DNA of 32,000 nucleotides from an uncultured Erysipelotrichaceae bacterium (GTDB lineage Bacteria; Bacillota_I; Bacilli_A; Erysipelotrichales; Erysipelotrichaceae): NCBI GenBank assembly GCA_942492995.1, contig OW818653.1, positions 1,500,001 to 1,532,000 of the forward strand, read 5' to 3'. Shown piece by piece: positions 17,200 to 26,438 of this stretch (position 1 is its first letter; each line of letters starts with the position of its first letter). The notes under the pieces were generated by a model. It saw only the letters and a program-made list of their open reading frames with translations, ran no database searches and was not told where the DNA came from. The position numbers and the translations under genes were made by a program.

Positions 17200-18528
17200 T
17201 TACTCTTTGTGTGCTTGTTCAGCAGCTTGTTCTAGTTTTAGGTTGTCCGCATCCATTTTCTTAATGAATGGGTAGTAACCGATACAAGACCAGATGATGA
17301 TTACAACTTGAAGTAACGCCATTCTCCAACCGCCAGTGATGAATCCACTGATGATTGCTGGTGTTGTCCAAGGAACGTTAATACCAGTGAAGTAAGGTAC
17401 TAACCCAGTTGCGAACGCAAAGTAACTTGCGATTGCAGCTGCGACTGGAACGAAGATGAAAGGTACTAACATGAATGGATTTAATACGATTGGTGTACCA
17501 AATGTAATAGGTTCATTGATGTTGAAGATTGCTGAAGGCAATGCTAATTTACCTAAAGTTTTGAATTGTTTTGATTTAGCAAATAACATTGCTACAACGA
17601 TACCGATTGTAATACCTGAACCAGTCATTTTGATTAATAGACCATCAAATTGTGAAGTCCAGATGATTGCGCCGTTTGCAGCAGTTAAAGCTTTACCGGA
17701 GTCAAGAATTGCTTGGTTCGTTAATAAGTTTGCTGCAGCGATACCACTAACAACACCGTTTACTAGAGAAGAACCATGAACTCCAAACCACCATAATAAT
17801 GATACTAATGTATAGATAACGATAACGCCACCCAATGATCCAGTTAAACCAGATAAAGGTGTTTGAATTGCGGTATAGATCCAGTCTACAGCTGTTACGC
17901 CTAATACGTTGATGAAGAATGTATTAACTAACATTGCTGCTGTGAATAATACTGCACCTGGTGCTAAAGCTGCGAATGATTGAGCGATATTTGGTGGAAC
18001 GCCTTCAGGCATTTTGATTGTATAACCCTTTGTTAAGAAGAAGTCATAAACCATACCTACGATAACCCCGATGATTAATGCCGCAATCATACCCTTTGAT
18101 CCAGTATAGGACATTGGTAATACGTTTGCTGCAGTTAATTTGATTGCTTCTTGACTTACTTCCGCAACACCACTAACTACTTGGTTGTGAGGAATTAGAG
18201 TAAAGAATACAACGGTTGAAAGGATACCAGCACCTAAACCATCTTTACCAGAATGTTTTGCATATTGGTACGCAATTGCGAACACCGCAACTACTGCTAA
18301 GATGTTAAATGAAGCACGGTAAACTTGTAACATGTGTGGTTGTAAACCAATTGTAATAAAGAATTGTTTGACTGGTTCGTATGGGAAGTTTGCCAATAAT
18401 AAGAAAATTGAGCCGATGATGGTAAGTGACATAGTTGCGATCATACCATCTTTGATTGCGGAAATAGGTTTCGATGTAACGAAATCCATTACTGCAGGAA
18501 ATACTTTGTCATTGATGAAAGTTTTCAT
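17200..18528 (-). CDS. PTS lactose/cellobiose-family EIIC permease
   Basis: 442 aa polytopic membrane protein with sequence typical of CelB/LicC-type EIIC. It is encoded with EIIB and EIIA of the same family. Confidence 0.88.
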   Translation of the reverse strand: MKTFINDKVFPAVMDFVTSKPISAIKDGMIATMSLTIIGSIFLLLANFPYEPVKQFFITIGLQPHMLQVYRASFNILAVVAVFAIAYQYAKHSGKDGLGAGILSTVVFFTLIPHNQVVSGVAEVSQEAIKLTAANVLPMSYTGSKGMIAALIIGVIVGMVYDFFLTKGYTIKMPEGVPPNIAQSFAALAPGAVLFTAAMLVNTFFINVLGVTAVDWIYTAIQTPLSGLTGSLGGVIVIYTLVSLLWWFGVHGSSLVNGVVSGIAAANLLTNQAILDSGKALTAANGAIIWTSQFDGLLIKMTGSGITIGIVVAMLFAKSKQFKTLGKLALPSAIFNINEPITFGTPIVLNPFMLVPFIFVPVAAAIASYFAFATGLVPYFTGINVPWTTPAIISGFITGGWRMALLQVVIIIWSCIGYYPFIKKMDADNLKLEQAAEQAHKE

Positions 18529-18565
18529 TTAGTTTTCTTCTCCTTCTTTCAAATGTAATAAGTGA

Positions 18566-18886
18566 CTACTGAACTGCTCTTCCATGATATAAATCCAAAG
18601 CGAAATCTAATACACCTTCACCATTTACCATTCCATAATCTTGCATACGAATTATGGCAACTGGAATCCCCGTAGGTGCCGCATACTTTCGCGCATCTGC
18701 TTGTAGATAAATCAACTGTGGTCCTAACAATACGACATCTGCAGTTGGGACTTCTCTTTCAAGCGTATTCGCTGAGTAAGCTTTGATGAAACAGGCAATT
18801 CCTCTTTCTTTAGCTGATAGATTCATTTTATGAACTAACAGTGAAGTAGACATACCTGCTTGGCAGAATAATTTGATGATGACCAT
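18566..18886 (-). CDS. PTS lactose/cellobiose-family EIIB
   Basis: 106 aa; phosphorylatable Cys in LFCQAGMSTSLL. Confidence 0.88.
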   Translation of the reverse strand: MVIIKLFCQAGMSTSLLVHKMNLSAKERGIACFIKAYSANTLEREVPTADVVLLGPQLIYLQADARKYAAPTGIPVAIIRMQDYGMVNGEGVLDFALDLYHGRAVQ

Positions 18887-18903
18887 ACACCCTCCATTAG
18901 GGG

Positions 18904-19218
18904 TTACTTTGTGAACGTCTTGTAAATGTGTATAATCTCATTCGCAACTTCACTCATAACCATCGCCATACCTAAGTGATCTTGAGCATGAACCATGATG
19001 ATATTAATATCAACCGGGTTCCCTGATATTTCTGCTTGACTCAAGGCAGTTTGTATCAAGTGTGCTTCATTAAGATCCTCATTGGCTTGAACGACTAAAT
19101 TAGTTGCTTCTAGAATATCACCTTCACGCGCCTTCTGCATCGCCATCATAGATTTTGATTTAGAATTGCCTGCGTGTAGAATAATTTGGAAGGCTAATCT
19201 ATATGTCGCATCATCCAT
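18904..19218 (-). CDS. PTS lactose/cellobiose-family EIIA
   Basis: 104 aa helical protein; ILHAGNSKS and the phospho-His context MVHAQDHL. Confidence 0.85.
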   Translation of the reverse strand: MDDATYRLAFQIILHAGNSKSKSMMAMQKAREGDILEATNLVVQANEDLNEAHLIQTALSQAEISGNPVDINIIMVHAQDHLGMAMVMSEVANEIIHIYKTFTK

Positions 19219-19292
19219 TTTTCTATCCTAACCTTTCTATCTTCGAATAAGAATCAAGAATAAGACCGAGTCTTAGTCATTAATCTAGTCTC

Positions 19293-19320
19293 ATTTTATA
19301 TGAATTGGGCTTGTATTCAA
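19293..19320 (-). promoter_or_regulatory. candidate promoter of the PTS EIIA-B-C operon
   Basis: On the minus strand: -35 TTGAAT (19320-19315), 16-nt spacer, -10 TAAAAT (19298-19293). Confidence 0.4.
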
Positions 19321-19431
19321 TTTGCACTTTTTCCATAGGGATATGGCACTTGTGTTAATCAATCTTACGAAATATGCCAAAAATACCTTAAAAACAGCTC
19401 TTTATCCTTATATATATGTGTTTTTCAATGA

Positions 19432-21021
<1,590 letters not shown>

Positions 21022-21029
21022 TTTGTGTT

Positions 21030-21066
21030 CTCTAGGCAAGGGATTATTCACATCCTTTGTCTAGAG
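21030..21066 (+). other. 15-bp hairpin between GH1 gene and PRD regulator (terminator-like, no U tract)
   Basis: CTCTAGGCAAGGGAT (21030-21044) pairs with ATCCTTTGTCTAGAG (21052-21066) using two G-U pairs and a 7-nt loop. The downstream sequence ATAGTGTGTG is not U-rich. Confidence 0.45.
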
Positions 21067-21146
21067 ATAGTGTGTGTATTAAAATTAAGTGAAATACGAT
21101 ATGATAGTGTCGATTATTTTGAATTTAGACATTAAGGATGTTATGC

Positions 21147-23048
21147 ATGCAAGAAACCAGAATTAAAAAGATATTTGACCTTCTCAGTGAGAGTCATACC
21201 TATATTACAGGTGAGAAACTAGCTCAGCTTCTTTCTGTTGGGACAAAGACAATTCGTAATGAAATCAAGATACTTGATTCCATTTTCGCTAAGAATGGTG
21301 GACATATTGAGTCAAAACCTGGTTTAGGTTATCACTTTGAAGTAACTGATATGGATATGTTTAGAACATTCATTGCGAATAAGTGGCATGAGTTTGCGTT
21401 TGAAGATGAGACCTTAGCGTATAAATCGAATCGTGTTATTTTCTTACTGAAGATAATGTTATTTGAAAAGGATTATATGAAAGCAATCGATTTATGCGAT
21501 CGATTACAGATCTCAAAATCACAACTAAGCACAGATTTACAATTACTTCGTCAGAAAATTGAACCTTTCCAACTTCATCTTGATGTAAGACCTCATCATG
21601 GAATGAAGATTATTGGAAGTGAGTTAAACTTACGTCTGTGTATTGCGAATGTTGTGTACAATGAGAAACAATTATTTGATGAAGACGAGTTTGAAACACA
21701 GTATATCTTAAGTGAAATACGCACAAATATCTTGCGCGTGTTTAATCAACACCATTATGAAACCAGCGAATTAATCTTCCATAACCTAGTTATTCATTTA
21801 TTTGTAGCACTTGAAAGAGTAAAGATTGGTGAATCAATTATTATGGAATCGAGTTTATTAGATGAGTTAAAAAAAGATAACGAATATGAAATCGCTAGTG
21901 CGATTATCTTTGAAATCGAGAAATTATTTGGATATCCGTTCCCAGAAGATGAAAAAGGCTATGTGTCGATGCATCTATCAGGAAAACGTGTATTTGGTCA
22001 GAATGAGAATGAATCAAATGTCGTAAGTGCAGAAGTGGATGAATTGGTTATCCAGATGTTAGATCGTGTACGGTCAGCGATGGATATTGATTTAAGTAAG
22101 GACTTGGATTTACGTATTGCGTTAGGTCTACATTGTGTTCCTTTAGTTAAACGTATTAGTTATAACTTGATGATGAAGAATCCTTTGCTCAATGACATCA
22201 AGAAACATAAACAAGCTTATATAACCGCTGAGATTGCGACAGAAGTCATTGAACGTCGCTTCCATATTAAATTGAGTGAAGATGAAATAGCGTATTTTGC
22301 CTTACACTTCTATGTTGCGCTTGAACGTCATAAAGTCACAATCAATCGTAAGAAAGTATTGTTGGTTTGTTCAACCGGACACGGAACCGCTAAACTCTTA
22401 CAGTATCGATTTAAACAAGAATTTAATCCGTTCCTAGAAGAGATTGTGACGAAAGATGCATTATCACTTAGTCAACTCGATCTTAATGCGTTTGATTTAA
22501 TCGTCTCTACTGTTCCATTAACCGTTAAAACAATTACTCCTATCATCTATGTATCTACTCTATTAAGTGATCATGATCTACAAACATTACGTCATCGATT
22601 CAACCAAAACGATAGTTCAATCGCAGAATACTTTGATCGTAAATTGTTCTATAAAGATATTATTGCGAACACGAAAGAGGATGTTATCTTCTTTATGTCG
22701 CAGAAGATTAGTGATTTATACAGTTTCAGACCTGGATTCTATGAATCTATTCTACGTCGTGAAGCTTCCGCATCCACTGAATTTGGTAACTTCATCGCAA
22801 TACCACATCCAGATCAAGCGTTTAGTCAATCTACCCTTGTTTCTGTTGCTATATTAAAAAAACCAATCTTATGGAATGAAAGAATGGTTCAATTAGTATT
22901 TATGTTGTCATATGGTGATAATGAGAATGATAACTTAGATGTCTTCTTTGCGAAGAGTGCTCAATTCTTAACCAGTTCTAATGATATTCAAGCAGCGATT
23001 CAAGCGAATGATTACGATGATTTTATCAAGCTAATTGATCGTACTTAA
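21147..23048 (+). CDS. PRD-domain transcriptional activator, LicR/MtlR/ManR type (HTH, Mga-like HTH, PRD1, PRD2, EIIB-like, EIIA-like)
   Basis: N-terminal wHTH (ITGEKLAQLLSVGTKTIRNEIKIL). PRD histidines occur in VIHLFVALER, YVSMHLSG, LGLHCVPL and FALHFYVALER. EIIB-like Cys in VLLVCSTGHGTAKLL. EIIA-like His in FIAIPHPDQ. ATG 21147 has AAGGA 8 nt upstream. Confidence 0.85.
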   Translation: MQETRIKKIFDLLSESHTYITGEKLAQLLSVGTKTIRNEIKILDSIFAKNGGHIESKPGLGYHFEVTDMDMFRTFIANKWHEFAFEDETLAYKSNRVIFLLKIMLFEKDYMKAIDLCDRLQISKSQLSTDLQLLRQKIEPFQLHLDVRPHHGMKIIGSELNLRLCIANVVYNEKQLFDEDEFETQYILSEIRTNILRVFNQHHYETSELIFHNLVIHLFVALERVKIGESIIMESSLLDELKKDNEYEIASAIIFEIEKLFGYPFPEDEKGYVSMHLSGKRVFGQNENESNVVSAEVDELVIQMLDRVRSAMDIDLSKDLDLRIALGLHCVPLVKRISYNLMMKNPLLNDIKKHKQAYITAEIATEVIERRFHIKLSEDEIAYFALHFYVALERHKVTINRKKVLLVCSTGHGTAKLLQYRFKQEFNPFLEEIVTKDALSLSQLDLNAFDLIVSTVPLTVKTITPIIYVSTLLSDHDLQTLRHRFNQNDSSIAEYFDRKLFYKDIIANTKEDVIFFMSQKISDLYSFRPGFYESILRREASASTEFGNFIAIPHPDQAFSQSTLVSVAILKKPILWNERMVQLVFMLSYGDNENDNLDVFFAKSAQFLTSSNDIQAAIQANDYDDFIKLIDRT

Positions 23049-23431
23049 GGTTGTTGGGCTTGTCTCTTTAATTCAATGTTTTCTAAGAGCTCTGTAAAGA
23101 GTTCTTTTCTTACATAAGATTGAAACATAAATCCATTCTTATCATAGGTGAATAAACCGTCTTTATTTAAATAGTAATTTACACCTTCTTCATCATCAAA
23201 TTCAAATCGAATCATGACTGAAGTAATTCTAAGAATTGATTGTGTTGCTAGTTTTCCCTTTGATTTAGCAGACTCAAACTCTGAATAATAAGATTGACAT
23301 TGTTCAAAATTGTTTTTCTCAGTCGACGCAAAGCTACTAAAGATTTGAGTGTAGTAACACGCTTCTACTACATAAACCTTAGTACATGAAGAAAGTAAAA
23401 TAATAAATAAAACGATTATTATCTTTTTCAT
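23045..23431 (-). CDS. small lipoprotein of unknown function
   Basis: 128 aa; signal peptide plus lipobox LLSSC. I recognise no family. It follows ispD after a 21-nt gap. Confidence 0.6.
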   Translation of the reverse strand: MKKIIIVLFIILLSSCTKVYVVEACYYTQIFSSFASTEKNNFEQCQSYYSEFESAKSKGKLATQSILRITSVMIRFEFDDEEGVNYYLNKDGLFTYDKNGFMFQSYVRKELFTELLENIELKRQAQQP

Positions 23432-23452
23432 TTACCATCCCCCAATGGCTAT

Positions 23453-24094
23453 TTATTTAACATCTTCTGGAGTCGTAATCTTAAGATTATCGTATGAACC
23501 TTTCACAACTCGTATTGGTACATTACTGTAACGTTCAATCAATTGTGCATCATCGGTTGCCTTGAAGTTTTCTTCTTGGGCTTGATGGATACAACTCAAT
23601 AATAAACTTGTTTTAAATGCTTGAGGTGTTTGCGCATTCTTTAAACTTTCGCGATTAATCGTTTTAACAACATAGCCATTCTTCACTTCTTTAACGGTAT
23701 CTTTAACATCAACCGCTAAGAACGCAGCTTGTTCTGTTTCCATTGCGAAGAGTAATTCATCAATTAAATCAATCGTACAATACGGACGTGCCGCATCATG
23801 GACTAATACAATATCTTCAGTAACACACATTAAGCCATTGTATACAGAATCTTGGCGCGTTAATCCCCCACCAACATTCACGATACGACCCATTTCATGT
23901 GTTTGGGTAACCTTATGTAAATCATGTGGATTGGTCACAATGACAAGTTGTTTACAGCGTACATCATCCACAAACAATTTAACGGTCATATCTAAAACAG
24001 TCTTACCATCTTTAATTGGATAAAACACTTTGTTATAACCTAGTCCCATCCGTTCACCTTTTCCACCTGCTACAATTAGTACCGAATAGTTCAT
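23453..24094 (-). CDS. ispD: IspD/TarI-family cytidylyltransferase (2-C-methyl-D-erythritol 4-phosphate or ribitol-5-phosphate)
   Basis: 213 aa. N-terminal VLIVAGGKGERMG, and VLVHDAARP. The IspD versus TarI distinction cannot be made by eye. Confidence 0.8.
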   Translation of the reverse strand: MNYSVLIVAGGKGERMGLGYNKVFYPIKDGKTVLDMTVKLFVDDVRCKQLVIVTNPHDLHKVTQTHEMGRIVNVGGGLTRQDSVYNGLMCVTEDIVLVHDAARPYCTIDLIDELLFAMETEQAAFLAVDVKDTVKEVKNGYVVKTINRESLKNAQTPQAFKTSLLLSCIHQAQEENFKATDDAQLIERYSNVPIRVVKGSYDNLKITTPEDVK

Positions 24095-24116
24095 AATGTC
24101 CCTCTTAATTTATTCT

Positions 24117-24144
24117 ATTCTACCAAAATTCTAAGCGTTTACAA
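24117..24144 (-). promoter_or_regulatory. candidate ispD promoter
   Basis: On the minus strand: -35 TTGTAA (24144-24139), 16-nt spacer, extended -10 TGgTAGAAT (hexamer 24122-24117). Confidence 0.45.
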
Positions 24145-24175
24145 TGTTTTAGACCTATCAACATGAAATTCATAA

Positions 24176-25036
24176 TTATTCAAAATGTTGATTGTTGTGT
24201 AATTTAATATTATCTATTAATTTATTGAACTGAATAAGTGCTTCCATAATGCTTTCAAATTCAATATCCAAAGTGTATTTGTGCTTTGATGCATATTCAA
24301 TCCATCTTTTTCTAAGTACAATACTTTTCGAAATTATATAAAGTATGTTAATCACATTTTCTAGATCATTGAAACTTTTTCTATGTGTAAACGTATTAAT
24401 AATTGCCTCTTTTAGTACGTGTGAATTTACTATTTCATAACGATGGTTAATAAAAAACCAAATATCATAATAATCTTTCATCCTACCTTTAGAACCATTA
24501 TTCTCAAGTATCGATTGAAACTTCTCTGCTAATATTGTTTCATAATTATAAGCCTTAACATTTATATAGCCATCATTGAAAATCGTTTCGAACTGAAAGT
24601 CTATTTCCTTTGGCGTAATAATATCCCCTGTCGATACATCAATCGTTAAGAAGTTCTTAATACTTTCAAGTTTTCCATAAATCTTAAAGCGAAAACCACC
24701 ATATTTATCTTCATTTCTAATATCTTCAATTTCAATTATTTCAAAAGTTATACCATCTACTTCGTCTTTTGATAATATTTCTTCAATAACACACTTCAAA
24801 CTATCTTCTTCAAGTTTTAATCCTTTAATCATTGTATCCATATCCATAGTCGTCCGCGAATGAATACCTGATATAGAAGATAGGAGTAATCCACCTTTTA
24901 GAATAAAATTATCTCTATAGTTAGATATAGAAATCCTTTTTAGAATTCTTTCAAACATATACAATTGCATAACTTCTTGGACAGACACTTCGTTTTGAAC
25001 TGATAGTAATTTCGCTTTATTCTTTAATGATTTTAT
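24176..25036 (-). CDS. abiEii: AbiEii/AbiGii-family nucleotidyltransferase toxin (type IV TA / abortive infection); probable non-canonical ATA start
   Basis: NTase motif KGGLLLSSISGIHSRTTMDMD. The track ORF starts at GTG 24988, which has no SD. The same frame is open upstream and encodes IKSLKNKAKLLSVQNEVSVQEV, which looks like the conserved AbiEii N-terminus. It begins at ATA 25036, 6 nt after AAGAGGT. No ATG, GTG or TTG exists in that stretch. Confidence 0.75.
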   Translation of the reverse strand: MKSLKNKAKLLSVQNEVSVQEVMQLYMFERILKRISISNYRDNFILKGGLLLSSISGIHSRTTMDMDTMIKGLKLEEDSLKCVIEEILSKDEVDGITFEIIEIEDIRNEDKYGGFRFKIYGKLESIKNFLTIDVSTGDIITPKEIDFQFETIFNDGYINVKAYNYETILAEKFQSILENNGSKGRMKDYYDIWFFINHRYEIVNSHVLKEAIINTFTHRKSFNDLENVINILYIISKSIVLRKRWIEYASKHKYTLDIEFESIMEALIQFNKLIDNIKLHNNQHFE

Positions 25037-25047
25037 AGATTTACCTC

Positions 25048-25629
25048 TTACATTATTTCGACAATTAGTTCTAATTTCTTAATACACTTTAATTGCCTTG
25101 CATAACTATATAGTTTCTCTTCATTCATTCTTCCTGAATTAAAATAATTCCTTAAACTTTTATTTCGTGTTTCACTATCAAGACTTGTGTTGTTTTTAAT
25201 AATATCGCAAATTGTTCTTTCAAGGTCATAACAAAGAACATCTTTTCCTTGTGGTGACTTCATCGTTTCAATGCCCAAATCATGATTATTTATCGTAGAA
25301 TAATGAACTTTTATATTGTTCGGAAAAGCATGAGGATTATATCCTCGATAAACCGTAACATCAATTTTACTTGGTGTTCTTTCTGTAAAATTATGGAAAT
25401 ATAATACTGTATTATGTGAGAAAATCGCATTTGGAAATCTTATTTGGAATAAATAATATTCATCTCCTATTTTATTCGTATCTAAGTAAACACCATTTCT
25501 TATACGCTCTATTTTCCCTTGGCGAACTAATTTCGTAAGATAAATAGAAGGAATTCCAGCTTCTTTTGCTTGTTTAGTAGTGATGATTCCATCATTTTCA
25601 TCTATTAATTTAATTAATTGTTTTTCCAT
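25048..25629 (-). CDS. abiEi: AbiEi-family antitoxin / transcriptional regulator
   Basis: N-terminal wHTH GIITTKQAKEAGIPSIYLTKLVRQGKIERIRNGVYL is typical of the AbiEi N domain. Start reset to ATG 25629 (MEKQLIKL), giving 193 aa. The track extension to 25704 would overlap its own promoter. Confidence 0.82.
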   Translation of the reverse strand: MEKQLIKLIDENDGIITTKQAKEAGIPSIYLTKLVRQGKIERIRNGVYLDTNKIGDEYYLFQIRFPNAIFSHNTVLYFHNFTERTPSKIDVTVYRGYNPHAFPNNIKVHYSTINNHDLGIETMKSPQGKDVLCYDLERTICDIIKNNTSLDSETRNKSLRNYFNSGRMNEEKLYSYARQLKCIKKLELIVEIM

Positions 25630-25659
25630 ATTAGCTTCTCTTTTTTGTTTTGTGCTTAC

Positions 25660-25682
25660 ATTATACCATTTGTACGCACAAA
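25660..25682 (-). promoter_or_regulatory. candidate abiE promoter (extended -10) with adjacent inverted repeat
   Basis: On the minus strand, TGgTATAAT (hexamer 25665-25660). The inverted repeat TTTGT-ACGC-ACAAA (25669-25682) lies directly upstream, in the spacer position. Confidence 0.4.
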
Positions 25683-25711
25683 CAAGAATAAAGTATATAT
25701 ACAAATTGTGA

Positions 25712-25740
25712 TTGTGAGTCGATTAAATCTAGCCTATAAT
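25712..25740 (+). promoter_or_regulatory. promoter of the riboswitch-led operon
   Basis: -35 TTGTGA (25712-25717), 17-nt spacer, -10 TATAAT (25735-25740). Confidence 0.6.
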
Positions 25741-25900
25741 GAAGGTGCTTAGATTGGTGCTAACGCATAATAGGGAATCCGCATAAACGGAGCTGTCCCA
25801 GCAACTGTAGATCTGGACAAGAGGAATTATCCACTGTAAAAACGGGAAGGATCCTTAAGGAAGAATGATCAGCCAGTAGACCTGCCAATGATAAGCGTTG
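25741..25900 (+). ncRNA. cobalamin (B12) riboswitch aptamer
   Basis: Conserved core elements are visible: AATAGGGAATCCG...CGGAGCTGTCCCAGCAACTGTAGA, CCACTGTAAAAACGGGAAGG, and the B12 box AGCCAGTAGACCTGCC (25871-25886). It lies 5' of B12-related genes. Confidence 0.88.
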
Positions 25901-25972
25901 TTTTATCTTCTGGGAACAAGATAAAAAGACATTAGCCTGTCTTTTTTATACACATCCAGATGTGTATTTTTT
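25901..25972 (+). terminator. riboswitch expression platform: three consecutive hairpins, the last a U-tailed terminator
   Basis: Hairpin A: TTTTATCTT/AAGATAAAA (25901-25909 / 25918-25926). Hairpin B: AAAAAGACA/TGTCTTTTT (25923-25931 / 25938-25946), which shares bases with A. Hairpin C: ATACACAT/ATGTGTAT (25948-25955 / 25960-25967), followed by TTTTTTATT. Confidence 0.6.
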
Positions 25973-25993
25973 ATTGTAAAGGAGGCTTAGTTC

Positions 25994-26437
25994 ATGAAGA
26001 AGAATTTAATACGTATTGGCATAGCCGCATTGTTAGTAGTTGGTTCACTCTTTGTCTATAATCAATTCTTTAGACAAGGAAATGAAGGTGCTAAAGAAGT
26101 ACAAATCATTATTACCGTCGATCAAGAAGGTGAAGATGTTGTTGTGCTCGATGTGACTAAACGCACTGATGATGAAATGTTAGGAACATTCTTAGAAACA
26201 GTACTAACAGAAGAAGAATTAACGTATAACTTTTCTGGTAATGTATCTGATCCATTTGGTCGCTACATTGTAGGAATTGGTGAATATGAAACGAAAGATA
26301 GTACCGTTGGTCCTTGGTGGTTATTTAACTCCACAACCAATGTGGATTGTGTCAGTGCTGGATATTGTCCAGGCATCGATATAACACCTTTGTACGATAA
26401 AGATATCTTTACGTTTGAATTTACAGCGAGTTATTAG
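25994..26437 (+). CDS. membrane-anchored DUF4430-like (transcobalamin-like) protein, candidate extracytoplasmic corrinoid binder
   Basis: 147 aa with an N-terminal signal-anchor. The C-terminal segment GPWWLFNSTTNV...PLYDKDIFTFEF resembles the DUF4430 pattern. It is the first gene after the B12 riboswitch. GGAGG lies 8 nt before the ATG. Confidence 0.6.
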   Translation: MKKNLIRIGIAALLVVGSLFVYNQFFRQGNEGAKEVQIIITVDQEGEDVVVLDVTKRTDDEMLGTFLETVLTEEELTYNFSGNVSDPFGRYIVGIGEYETKDSTVGPWWLFNSTTNVDCVSAGYCPGIDITPLYDKDIFTFEFTASY

Positions 26438-26438
26438 T

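Noticed and set aside
17456-18532. Plus-strand ORFs 17456-17779 and 18332-18532
   Set aside because: Antisense shadows of the PTS EIIC gene.
19343-19358. Sigma-54-like element TGGCAC-N5-TTAAT
   Set aside because: The -24 half matches, but the -12 half lacks the conserved GC (TTGC). The linked regulator has no AAA+ sigma-54 activation domain, being LicR/MtlR type rather than LevR type. This is more likely part of the repeat described in the findings.
22567-24023. ORFs 22567-22857 (+) and 23838-24023 (+)
   Set aside because: One is an alternative frame inside the PRD regulator and the other is antisense to ispD. No support.
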